Assembly (NCBI GenBank): GCA_964016885.1
Contig: OZ024740.1
Location: 36,270,001 to 36,334,000, forward strand
Direction of reading: 5' to 3'
DNA: 64,000 bases
DNA from: Eledone cirrhosa
Taxonomy: Eukaryota
Shown here: piece after piece, positions 29,791 through 42,087 of the stretch
Layout of the letters: each line of letters opens with the position of its first letter
How positions within the stretch are numbered: the stretch's first letter is position 1
Translations under genes and position numbers: made by a program
The notes under the pieces: model-generated
What the model was told of the DNA's origin: nothing
Databases searched by the model: none
The model's input: only the letters and a program-made list of their open reading frames with translations

Positions 29791-30276
29791 CTGCATGTGT
29801 GTGTATGGGGGGTAGGTTGGGGGAGCGTGTGTGAGTGTGTCCGTTGACATTTGGAATATAGTTTAAGATAAACTTGAAGATAATGGTATGATAGGCACTC
29901 AATATTTTGAACTGGTCTATAGAATTCTCTAGGCCTTTGTTACTCCAAGTTGAACCTTAAAGAATTAACTTTTAAAGAATTTCCCTTTTCTTTAAATCCA
30001 TCAACCATGACTGACCCTCAACGATCTTATAGACACCTGAAATATTGGCATTGTTAGCTTAAGAGAAACTTAAAAATAAGGAGTGGCACCCCATTCTGAA
30101 CTTGTTTATAGAATTCTTTCTGCCTTTGTTACTCTAAATATAAATTAGAGCTTTAAAGAATTAGCTTTTAATGAATTCTCTTTTCTATCAACCAACGTCC
30201 TCTACCCATCCCACCCCCTACCCTCTCCTACCACCTGAAGAGGCCTATACATACCATATTTATTTTTTAATACCAA

Positions 30277-30325
30277 GATTCCTGATGATTTCTAAAGAAT
30301 GAAACAGTTCTAGTCCGGTAGAATC
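30277..30325 (+). ncRNA. Type I hammerhead
   Basis: GAUUC-CUGAUGA-UUUC(UAAA)GAAU-GAAACAG..CGGUA-GAAUC; copy of 20036-20084. Confidence 0.75.
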
Positions 30326-30356
30326 TCATCTATATTAAAACTATATATATATATAT

Positions 30357-31050
30357 AGTAGAATAATCGAGTATCAAAAAATCGGCGCACGAGTTCACGA
30401 TAAACAAAATTCGAAATGAGCTGCAGAGGGCTCAATAATTCAGATAAATCAGAGCTATAACTATCGTTAAAATACCGTCACACATAGAACAAGTCTATAA
30501 TCAACCGTACCACCGAAAAATTGCGATCTGGAAGATTCGGGACACTCAGATAAAAAATCAATAAATCAATAAATCAAATGAATGTAAAAAGCATACCCGG
30601 ACCCGCTAGAAAGATAGTAAATCTAGCTTCTTGGGTTTCTGTAAATCTTAAACTGCCCTCTATCAGCTCACATAAAAATATATAAGACTTCTAGATGCCA
30701 GCGGACGGGAATTTACTTCCTCAACGAGCTTTTGTCCGAACGAATGAAAAGGCAAAACCCAGGTTAAATACGCACATGGAATTCAGCAAGGGAGATAACC
30801 TCTATATCCGCAAAAAATATTCGGGAAAATGTGGAAATACACATATCGAATAAGAGTGCTCAATAGACATGTTAAAATAAACAGGAGCTATTCATCATTT
30901 AATAGAATCGACAAAAAATGAACAATAAAATTAACTGGTCAATAGCTAGGTCTAGAGCTAAATATAGTAGAATAATCGTGTATCGAAAAATCGGCGCACG
31001 AGTTCACGATAAACAAAATTCGAAATGAGCGGCAGAGGGTTCAATAATTC
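30357..31050 (-). mobile_element. 609-bp non-coding unit with 85-bp direct terminal repeats and an internal hammerhead
   Basis: 30357-30441 is repeated at 30966-31050; TA flanks. Confidence 0.75.
30595..30729 (-). ncRNA. Hammerhead, U3 core variant with long stems II and III
   Basis: GCUCG-UUGAGGA-AGUAAAUU..GAUUUACA-GAA-ACCC..GCUAGA/UCUAGC-GGGU-C-CGGGU. Confidence 0.65.
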
Positions 31051-31059
31051 ATTTTTTCC

Positions 31060-31125
<66 letters not shown>

Positions 31126-31129
<4 letters not shown>

Positions 31130-31740
31130 GGAAAAAATGAAATTTCATTTCTCACTCTTAGTACGTCTGATACTTAAATATAAGTATGTATACGTACATA
31201 CATATATGTATACAGACGTATAGTAGTATGTATATACATACATGCACACATATACATATATATATATATATGTACGTATGGGTTTACCGAACATTTAATA
31301 TAATGCTAGATTTGTTTGTAAACAAACAGCCCGAATTTCATCTTTTCCATTTATCGTTTTTGGTTCTCCCGGCCGACTAACTAACTCGATATGCAAATTA
31401 GGCTACTCAGCCGTTAATATGCATAAGGAAAGTATATATATTCAAACTTTCAACCGACTGACAGGAAGGTATACGGTGCTGATGACAGCTAATAAGCTAG
31501 AAACTAGTTCATCGTTCCTTTGTCAGTGTTGAACAAATGGGCAACGATGGTTGTCGAACACTGAACGGCTAAAAATTCAGGCTGTTTGTTTACAAACAAA
31601 CCGAGCATTATATTAAATGTTCGGTAAACTCATACGTACATATATATATATATATGTGTGCATGTAATTATGTATATACATACTACTGTACGTCTGTATA
31701 TATATATATATATATATATATGTACGTATACATACTTATA
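31126..31740 (+). mobile_element. Fold-back non-coding element (arms ~31180-31338 / 31572-31740)
   Basis: Inverted arms; homologous to 4245-4805. Confidence 0.8.
31473..31515 (+). ncRNA. Minimal type I hammerhead
   Basis: ACGGUG-CUGAUGA-CAGCU(AAUA)AGCUA-GAAACUAGUU-CAUCGU; stem I covaries with 4456-4498. Confidence 0.8.
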
Positions 31741-33565
31741 TATATATATATACAATGATATGAAATAAATGGAAACTACATTTATAAAACCATATTTATT
31801 CTATTATATATATTTCAAGGGCACCAAAAACTTTGGTACGCTTTCATCAAATAAAATACAAAGTGTGTTTTAGAAATTTTGACATAGCCAAGGAAACATA
31901 CCTTATCAGTTGAATTTTCCTTGGGTAGTGAGATTAAAGAACGGATTTTGCAAACTTTAAGGATGAGTATGCAAATGAATATGTAAATAAGGTTGAGTTA
32001 TATGATTGTAAAACCGTTATTTTAAATGCTATGGAAAGTTTAGATATATTAGTAGGAGAGAAAGAAAGAAAAAAGAAAAAAGAAAAAAGAAAAGAAAAGG
32101 AAAAAGCAAAAGAAGAATAAGAAGGAAAAGGAAAAAGAAGACCACTTATATACGTTAATTTAGGGGAAATAAATTTGAATATTTACCTATATTATGTATA
32201 TATTTATATGGAGAATTTTGTTTGTAAGTATTTATCTTATTATGATATTGTAGGGGGTTAAATATATAAATATCTATATATATTTTAATAATAGCATATG
32301 TATTTTTATTAAAGAAATAATTTGCAATTATTAGTTGTTTATAATATGAGTTACGAGAGATGTTGATTTTGTGTTTTATGTAGATAAATAAATAAATAAA
32401 TAAATAAATAGGTAGTTCAAGTTTTAGGTGGTTGTTTTTAATATGAGTTACGAGGTATGTTGATTTTGTATTTTATGTAAATAAATAGGTAGTTAAAATT
32501 ATGAATTTATATATTTGGATAACTTGTTCGGCTTTGAGAATGTTTTAAATTAACGGAGTTAGGTATAAGTTTATATGATTGAGAAAGGAAAGATAACTCC
32601 AATTTTGTTTGTTAATCGATACATTTTTTAAAGAGTTAGTGTGAGATTAATTAATTATTTAGTCGAAAGAAATGTGAATGTTTAAACATCGTCTTGAAGT
32701 CAGTTAATGGTTATTAATCTACGTTTAAAAAATAGCTTTAGAGGGTGTCATTGGAAAAATATAATGTAAGAATTAAAGAATTAAAAAAATTAAAATTAAA
32801 ATTATAAATATATACATAAATATATATAAATATCTATACATATATATATATAAATAAATATATATAAATATATATATAAATATATATATTAAAAGAAATG
32901 TTTGCTGAAAGGTGAAAGTACTACAAATATTAGAGATATTACCATTTAGAGATATTAATATATTAAAATATTAAAAATTTAAATTGTTAAAGAAGATAGG
33001 ATCATTTTGAAGATTTATAGGAATATTATAAATTACACATAGTTCTGAATGTAGAATTTTGGCGATGTCTGCAAGAATTAAATAATCCTGTCCTGAGATT
33101 AATAGAGTTTTGACAGTTAATTATATAAAAAATTTCTTCTATACACAATTTACAGAATTTTGATAAAGCCATATTTCGGTACGCAGGTTTTTTTCCAAAT
33201 CGTTTTCCAGGCAGGATTACTAATTTTACATCTACTGCTGAGCAAAGAATTGGTAATTTCCTTCACTAAAAATTGCGAAACAGCCACGGAAGCTGTCTGG
33301 GTGTTCCGGTAGTTACCTAATATAGGTTTGTATTTTTTTTCTTGATTTATTATTTTAAATTGAGTCTGGCAAGCCATATTGTTATAGTTAGTATATTTTT
33401 CACCCTAGCGAACCTGGTCCCTTACAATTTGAACACATGTGTGTTTATATCTGTGTTTATCTCTCTTGCATATTCAATTATATTACACGGCTTAGAAAAA
33501 CTTCTTTCTTTGAGCTATTTAATTGTAGGAGACTATTATTGAGTTTTTAACTCACTATTAACCTT

Positions 33566-33624
<59 letters not shown>

Positions 33625-33806
33625 TATTGAAGTTTCCGTTGAAAATTGAAAAAGTCAGAAGAATGAAGAGTGCTCTATGTAAGTTACAGAGCTAAATATT
33701 TAATGTATAATAATAGCATATGTATTATTATTAAAGAGATAATTTGCAATTATCAGTTGTTTATAATATGAGTTACGAGAGATGTTGATTTTGTGTTTTA
33801 TGTAGA

Positions 33807-33845
<39 letters not shown>

Positions 33846-33933
33846 ATAGGTAGTTCAAGTTTTAGGTGGTTGTTTATAATATGAGTTACGAGGTATGTTG
33901 ATTTTGTATTTTATGTAAATAAAAAATACAGTA

Positions 33934-34005
33934 TAATTACCTCATTACCAGAGGTTTCCCGAATAAGACGAATACAAGACACGTCCGCATTCGTTCATCA
34001 GACAA
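33934..34005 (-). ncRNA. Hammerhead-like motif, weak stem I
   Basis: CUGAUGA-ACGAAU..AUUCGG-GAA-ACCU..AGGU-A. Confidence 0.55.
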
Positions 34006-34068
34006 GTCAATTTAAAACATAGCCATAGACTATAATGTGGTAATTATACTGTATTTTTTATTATACAT

Positions 34069-34098
<30 letters not shown>

Positions 34099-34100
<2 letters not shown>

Positions 34101-34607
34101 CTAGCTGGCCCGTCCGGCTGGCACTCGGCTAGGTATACCTGCCTCCACCACTCCACTGCAAAGATACCACACTCCCCCTCGTGTCACATTGTCCTTCCGA
34201 CTCCCTCTCTCTCTCTCTGAATAACTAACACTTTAATTGTATCTCTCTCTGTCTAACGGCCTATCTCTCTCTTTTCCCCTCCTCTGTTTTCTTGTCTCTC
34301 TCTGTAGATGTGTGTGTGTAGTTAGCGTTGTCATATAGAGATGAAGAGCGACATAGAGAGTAAAGCAGTTAAATTATAGAGAGGGGGAATGATCTATTAT
34401 AGAGAGAGAGAGAGGGAAGAGCGACGGAGAGAGTAAAGCTAAGAAACTATAGGGAAGTGTGTAGCTTTATAAGTATAGATATGTGGGTGTGTGTGTTTGT
34501 GTATGTGAATGTGTGTTTGTGTATGTGAGTATGTGCATGTGTGTGTCTGTGTGTTTTGTTTTGATGTTATCCAGCAATTTGCGAAATCAGGTGTGAAAGT
34601 ATGTGCA

Positions 34608-34658
<51 letters not shown>

Positions 34659-35015
34659 TATGCGAGCGACGACAGATGATTCAATCACCGCTACATTTGA
34701 TCCTTATTTTAATGCCGATACTTGATTTAACGTCCTTGGAAAAAGTAGATACGGAAACTGAAACAGTGTTGTCATATAGAGAGTGAAGAGCGACAGAGAG
34801 AGTAAAGCAGTTATATTATAGAGAGGGGGAATGATATATTATAGAGAGAGAAGAGCGACGGATAGAGTAAAGCTAAGAACCTATATGGAGGTGTGTAGGA
34901 TACATACATACATACATACATACATACATACATACATACATACATACATACATACATACATACATACATACATACATACATACATACACACGACGCTCAG
35001 CTTTATAATATTATA
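34099..35015 (+). mobile_element. Non-autonomous Helitron/Helentron-like element
   Basis: 5' TACTAGC followed by a GC hairpin; 3' (TACA)n then CAGCTTTATAATAT; same architecture as 44312-44650. Confidence 0.5.
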
Positions 35016-35579
35016 ATATATATATATATATATATGAAAACAGAGAGAAAGAGACGATTATTAGGAAGAAAAATATATATTTTCCATTTTTTGTTTCTCT
35101 CTCTCTTTTTTCTGGGTTAGAAAATGATTAAAACGAAATGTTTTACTTTGTGTGAAGTGTTAAGGTATTAGTTGATTTATTTATTATTTAACAATGGCAT
35201 TTATTTATCTATTTATATATTTAATTATTGTCTATTACCGGTTTCGGCATTTTTATGCATTATCAAATGATAGTGAAATGTATTAGTGTGGTGTCGCACA
35301 TGTTAAACAGAAGGTGCAGAAAGAATAATGTTATTTACAAGCAAAGTCATTGAAGTTAAGCAGATCAAAACGTGTTAATATAGCAAGAGTGCTTAGTTGA
35401 TCCATGATTCCATGATGGAGGCAAATGGTGGACTGAGGTTTGATATATATATACATATTATTTTTTATCATTAACATTAAAATAACAAATAATAAATAAA
35501 TATATATTTCAGAGACGGGCCTCACCAGGTGAAAGTCTGGCTCTCATGATACCGTTCCATTATTTGTGGTGGTTTAGGG

Positions 35580-35770
35580 CGTTGGATTGGGTGTATCGGT
35601 AGAGGGTCGGACGCCATGCTTTGCAGCAAAGAGTTACGGCCCTTTATGGTCTGAGTTCAAATCTCGCCGAGGTTAACTTTGCCTTTCATCCTTACGGGGT
35701 CGATAAAATAAAGTACCAGTAATACCACTGGGATATTTGCTGGCCTTGTGCCAAAAGTAGAAACAATTAT
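35580..35770 (+). mobile_element. tRNA-derived SINE
   Basis: Same family as 20752-20940. Confidence 0.85.
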
Positions 35771-36135
35771 TTGTGGTGGTTTAACTTTCTCGTCAAAATG
35801 CACGAAGCATCACTAAATAGAGGTTTAACTAAACATGAGGATAGAAACTTGATAACGGTATGTAGATATTTTACGATATTATCATCCTATATATTATTGT
35901 TTCATGTTAAACCATGCTTAGAATGACTGCTGTTGAAACACGTCCCTGCATAACAATTAAATCAATCAATTCCATACAAAGCATTGCACTCATTTTGACG
36001 TCTTATAAATAAAGCCATATTTTGGCCATGACATTTCGTCCAATCAAATTCAGCCCTAGCTTTGATTTAACCTGGCTCACAGTCCTTATCAGGACTCTCA
36101 CTAACTCAAATATACTGGTGGTCTGACGTGCCGAT

Positions 36136-36205
<70 letters not shown>

Positions 36206-36224
36206 CACCACCACCACCACCACC
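36136..36224. repeat. (CTA)n(CCA)n trinucleotide microsatellite
   Basis: Directly visible. Confidence 0.95.
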
Positions 36225-36583
36225 TTTTGGCCAGAGCCTTCAGCTGTACTTTAGTTTGAGTTACGGGTCTGAAGTTTTCTATCACATTACCTTATTCGGA
36301 TCTTTTCCTAGCAATGTCACCACTGCCCGGCTTACACGACTAGGTATGTTCCCAGTCTACTGCCAGCTGTAGTAGACAACGCACACACACACGCACACAA
36401 ACGCGCACACAAACACACACACACACATATATACCACACGAACGCACACATACACACACACACACATATATAATATGTGGGTTCAGGAGTGGTGTTGAGG
36501 GGGGGGGGGCAGGTAACCACAGTTAAAAGAGGTACTCAATACATTAGTAGAGTATAGGCATCTTTATTATATGTAGAAATGAC

Positions 36584-36628
36584 TTCTACAGAGGTAGAAC
36601 TGTTTCATTTATATGAAATCATCAGGAA
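36584..36628 (-). ncRNA. Type I hammerhead (20036 family relative)
   Basis: UUC-CUGAUGA-UUUCAUAUAAAU-GAA-ACAG..CUGU-A-GAA, with AAUAAA downstream. Confidence 0.7.
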
Positions 36629-36747
36629 TATCAGATACAATTGCTTAGTTATATATATATTATCAATATTATAAATAATTTCTCAGTTGTTTGCCACCCA
36701 CGGTTCCAAATTTATGCATTAGATCTCGTCAAGTGCAATGGAGGCAA

Positions 36748-37580
36748 TAATAATTGTTTCTACTTTTAGCACAAGGCCAGCAATTACCCACTACATTACT
36801 GGTACTTTATTTTATCGACCCCGTAAGGAAGAAAGGCAAAGTTAACCTCGGCGGGATTTGAACTCAAACCGCAAAGGGCCGTAACTCTATGTTGCAAAGC
36901 ATGTTGTTCGACGCTCTGCCGATACTGCCAATCCAAATAATTGTTTCTACTTTTGGCACAAGGCCAGCAATTATCCCAGTGCATTACTGGTACTTTATTT
37001 TATCGACCTCGTAAGGAAGAAAGGCAAAGTTAACCTCGGCGGGATTTGAACAGAGATCATAGAGGGCAGTAACTATTTGTTGCCAAGCATGGCGTCTGAC
37101 TCTCTACTGATACTCCCAATCCCCCGCCCTTTGCCAATCCACCGCCCTTTCCACTGCCAATCCAAATAATTGTTTCTACTTTTGGCACAAGGCCAGCAAT
37201 TACCCACTACATTACTGGTACTTTATTTTAGCGACCCCGTAAGGATGAAAGGCAAAGTTAACCTCGACGGGATTTGAACTCAGACCGTAAAGGGACGTAA
37301 CTATGCTAGAAAGCATGGCGTTCAACCCTCTTCCGATACTGCCAATTCACTGCCAATCCAAATAATTGTCTCTACTTTAGGCACAAGGCCAGCAATTACC
37401 CAGTGCATTACTGGTACTTTATTTTATCAACCCCGTAAGGATGAAAGGCAAAGTCAACCTCGACGGGATTTTAACTCAGATCGTAAAAGGACGTAACTAT
37501 GCTGGAAAGCATGGCGTCCGACCCTCTACCGATACTGCCAATCCACCGCCCTCTACTGGTACTGCCAATCCACTGCCAAT
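36748..37580 (-). mobile_element. Head-to-tail array of four SINE copies
   Basis: Unit aataattgtttctact..ctgccaatcc repeated four times. Confidence 0.9.
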
Positions 37581-38011
37581 CAAAATAATGGCCTTAAGTC
37601 AGTTTCGATTCAACAGAAACAGCCCTGGATTAGTCATTAAGCAAAAAGAAAAGCACGTACTAAGGGCTTCAAGTAAAGATGGACTCCAGAGAGTTTTTTC
37701 CAGTTCTCGATTAACAATGAACAATAGTATAATGTTATAGCTGAACCATGATCCATAAAAAAGTGTATCCACAATCATTTCAATATTTAGGAACTCTAAC
37801 GGTCTTAGTCCAGCCCTGGGCAGACATATGATCAAAGGCGTTCAAGGCGTGACCATTTTGTCTTTTTCAACGTGTCCTAACATTTTCTAATTTTGAGGAA
37901 GCACATATATGTTCTATTGCTGAACTAGTTGATTGAATAGGCTCGTCATATCCCAGTGTTGTGTTGTGCCCCTAGCAAAACACTTATTTCTTAACGACCC
38001 AGTCTCCATAG

Positions 38012-38130
38012 CTAATAATTGTTTCTACTTTTGGCACAAGGCCAGCAATTACCCAGTACATTACTGGTACTTTATTTATCGACCTCTGTATGGATGAAAG
38101 GTAAAGTTAACCTCGGCGGGATTTGAACTC
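38012..38130 (-). mobile_element. 5'-truncated SINE
   Basis: Same family; flanked by a duplicated ctccatagctaataat. Confidence 0.8.
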
Positions 38131-38654
38131 CATAGCTAATAATAGAATCAACTTATGTCGGGAGCGAAGGCAAGATTATAGATTAACGTTTTTTTTAGAA
38201 TATTTGTCGATTATTTCGTTAGTGCGTTCCTCAAATAGTACATAAATTTGAAAAACCGACGAAGAAAGTTCTGCTCTTTCTACTGAATGAAGCATCATAA
38301 AAACATCGAAATTGAACCTAAGCTATGTTGAAGTTTATTCTACCATTACCTTCACTCCATCTCATCAAATGTAGATTCAGAACAGTTATTGATATGTTAT
38401 ACAATAAGCGAAGCAAGTTTTATATCAAAGAACGAAGAAATTTATGTCTGACATTAACTGAACTATAGCCTGATAACAAATGGCTTGTAGATTAATATCA
38501 ACCAGAAGATGCTTAGTAACAATTATTTAGTATGTTTGCTATATAACATGTTTACATTGAATAAATTTGGATACAAAACTGTAGCGTTAGTAATACCATA
38601 GTTAGCAGTAGGTTTTGCACGATTTGATCAAATTCACAGATCGTAGAAAATAGA

Positions 38655-38846
38655 TAATTGTTTCTACTTTTGGCACAAGGCCAGCTATTACCCAGTGTAT
38701 TACTGGTACATTATTTTATCGACCCCCGTAAGAATGAAAGGCAAAGTTAACCTCGGCGGAATTTGAACTCAGAATGGCAAGGGCCGTAACTCTATGCGTC
38801 AAAGCATGGCGTCCGACCCTCTACCGATACTGCCAATCCACCGCCC
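38655..38846 (-). mobile_element. tRNA-derived SINE
   Basis: Same family, full length. Confidence 0.85.
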
Positions 38847-39869
38847 GTAAAAATTAAATAATAATACCAGGGGTGTGCATTTTCAAACTGAAACTTAAGA
38901 CTCATTGATATAAAGTATTCTTTATCCGAGGCAAATTAGTATATAACAATTTGGTTTGTTGGGAGGTTTTAATGAAAGAATGAAGCAGAATTTTCCAATT
39001 CAAAGCAAAGAATAACAGAATAACAGACAAATCGGGTTCGCTACGTTGGTTGCCCTTGGCAAAACTGAGCATAATTTTTGTCAGTTAAGTAGGGTAACTA
39101 TAGTGTACTTCTAGTTATGTCCCCCAATATGTCATATACAAAGAAAGCTCTGAAATCCAAACCTCACGTCAACGGGAAACCGATATTTGGCCACTCGAAA
39201 TGCTAGAAACAACTGCTAAATCTCGCTAAAACCACAGCCTACTTTCTTAGAAGAAACAGTAATATACATTAGATAATGTTATTCTAAATATAAAACGTTG
39301 GATAGAATGTTATGTGGTATTTTCTCCGACTCTTGGCGCCCAGAGGTCAACTTTGCCCTTCATACTTTCGAGGTCGATAAAAAGTACTGGGGCCAATTAT
39401 TGTTCTATATTTCTTTATGACTTCCTTTCAAATAATATTTGTTTATTTAGTAATGTAAAGTGATAATAATAGTTGTTGATAGAGAACCGTTAGGTTTCAT
39501 AATAAGTCAAGCTGCTCTGTTAGCAGGTCTTTTGTTATCGTTCAAAGACAAAAAATAAGTCTTTTTTCAGATCAATGTATAATAGATATACAAGTCATTA
39601 GACAGAATGTGTCATGTCACTCTTGAGTGCTACTGGTAACATGTAAACCAGTACAACCTTTCGCATGGTCGAGTCGTCGGCGACTAAACTGGCAATTCCA
39701 CCAAGTTTACTTGGTGAGCAGGGGGATTTTGGACACCCTGCAGGACAAAAAACAAAACCTGACAAAGGGTGGAAGAACTGATAAGAGTCAACGGCCATCC
39801 AAAAATGTGTAAATATGTATATACACATGTACATATCTATGTGTATGTGTATGTATATACGTGTGTATA

Positions 39870-40560
39870 TGCCTGGGATGTCAGGGAGGGGCATGTACCT
39901 CTGCAGGGGGGGGGGGGGGGGGCTAGCCATGCCATTTTCAGGACAGCTCGTCCTGCATTGGGTCCTACCTGACACTCAGCTCTCACCTGTGGCCCCAAGA
40001 AGCTGTAGCATGCGACAGCGGCCACACCCTGGTAAATCACTTTGGCTGGCGAGCCGAACCAGGTTGAGGGTAGCCGTAGGGTCTGAAACCGCCCGGTGAG
40101 TTAGATAGGGGGTGCCTGCCCCTGCATGCGAAGAGTGGACCCGGTGGAGGGAGTAGAGGAGGACAACATCGTCCCAACGGTGACAAAGGTGGCGACAGCA
40201 AGTGGTGTGGAGTGCTAGGGCACAGTAAGTCACTACAGACATCGTGGCCATCCACTGCAGCCAAGGAGGTCCCTGGTAGTGACGGTCCTCCGTACCACCG
40301 GATTCTTGCTTCTGCGGCCGAGTGAGTGGGACCGTCACTGAGCACTGCCTCTCCCACTATAAACCTTTCCCGCACAGGTTTCTTCTTTAGCGTGCACTCC
40401 CAAAGCTCTGCGACGATGCACGTGAAAGGAGAAGAAAGGCATCAACAGCTGCCCCAAGCGACTCCGGTCTCTTCCCCTGCCCCCACTGTCTCCGGCCCTC
40501 AAGTCAAGGATCGGCCTCCACAGCCACCTTCGTGCCCACGGCAGACGGGAACTAAAATAA
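39870..40560 (+). mobile_element. GC-rich degenerate LINE fragment, probably ORF1 region of the adjacent L1/Tx1 element
   Basis: Abrupt GC-rich segment next to Tx1-like ORF2 remnants; no diagnostic motif. Confidence 0.35.
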
Positions 40561-41004
40561 AGAAGATGTCATCATCGTTTACCATGGACAACCAAGAGAG
40601 ATATTAAAGAGATCCGCATAAGCAACTGGGCTCTCTTCCCACAAAATATTAGGTATAGTGTTAAAGTTAGACATTATTATGTAATTATAACTGTGTAGTT
40701 ACTTTATCGGGGTTTAGTATAGTAAATTGGTGAGTAAATCAGTAAACAGGAATTGACAGGCAGCCACTAATAAAGAAATTTACCAGGATTGCAAACTTCA
40801 CTTAAATTCTGGTAGCATGTCACAATCCATAGATTTTATCTCTCCATATATTTAGCAGCTTTTATTAACTTCAAATTACATTAATTACAAACTGAAATAT
40901 AAATTGCAATGCTCTTTCTCACACTGCCTCGATTTAGACACGAAATATTTGTTATTGATTAGAGGTATGACATCAATCGAGTCTATAGAGAATAACTCTT
41001 TAAA

Positions 41005-42000
41005 TAATGCGCGTGCTCTGAGAAACGAGGGAACCAAAGCTATTCGATGAGCACAGCGTGGTAATAAAACCACAATTCGGTCTTTGATCGACCGAGACGG
41101 ACACGAGCTGAGAGATTCCACGCGGAACTGTGAGGCCTTTCGACAGCACTTTGCTCGGTTGTTCGGGGGAGTGGCGAGTCAGAGACGGTGCCGGACTTCA
41201 GTTCCTACCTCGACGGCTTGTCGCGCCTCTCGAAGGTCCACGCTGAGTGCTGCGAAAGGCCAATAGCTTCAGCCGAAATTCAGAATGCCCTTGTCGGCTG
41301 CACGAGGCGCAAGTCACCCGTTTTGGATGCTCTGCCCTACGAGCTTTACGTAAATATGCCAGACTTGTTCTCCGACCTCCTCGAAGCGCTCTACTGCAAC
41401 TGGCAGCAGAACGGGTGTATTCACAGTTCTGTGAGCCGGGGTGAACCGCTGATAAGGAAAGATGAGAGGGACACATCAGACAACTTCAGGCCCATAACTC
41501 TGCTCAGCACAGATTTAAGATTTTGGCCAAGGTGTTAGCGAAGAGGTCGGCATTTGTCGAAGATTTGGTTGGGGAGACGCAAACTTGTGTAATCTCGACC
41601 AGGTCCATACACGACAACCTCCACCTCATGAGAGGGTAAAGTGTAAACCTAGCTTCGATGGGGCTTCGATCAATTTAGATCAATCGAAAGCATTCGATAG
41701 GGTCGACTATCGGTACCTGGAGGCTGTCCTCAAGGCAGCTGGCTTCGGCCCCGTCTTAATGGCCACCTCTCGGAACCGTTTCAGATCTCCCGATCGGTCC
41801 GTCACGGGTGCGCTCTCTCCTCCCTTCTGTACGTATCGACTCTCGAGCCTTTACTACGGAAGCTGGAGCTGTTTCAGGGCATCCAGCTCGAACCGGGACG
41901 TGGAAAGGCTGTGTCGGTTTATGCAGACGACATCACCGACATCACTAAAAGAATATTCACAGACATTCTCGTGGAGAAACTGGTCGGAGGGATGGATTAA
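41005..42000 (+). pseudogene. L1/Tx1-clade LINE RT fragment
   Basis: KSPVLDALPYELY, NFRPITLLSTD, LDQSKAFDRVD, YADD; many frameshifts. Confidence 0.85.
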
Positions 42001-42087
42001 CCACCTTCTTCCTAAAAAAGAGCCACAGGTAGATTTTATTTTTTTAACTTTTCCCCTCTCACTTGTTTTCCTCCTATCCTAGCCAAT

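Noticed and set aside
35495-35535. CUGGUGA..GAAAUAUAUAU on the minus strand (similar string at 28462-28505)
   Set aside because: The core is mutated and stems I and II are unsupported.
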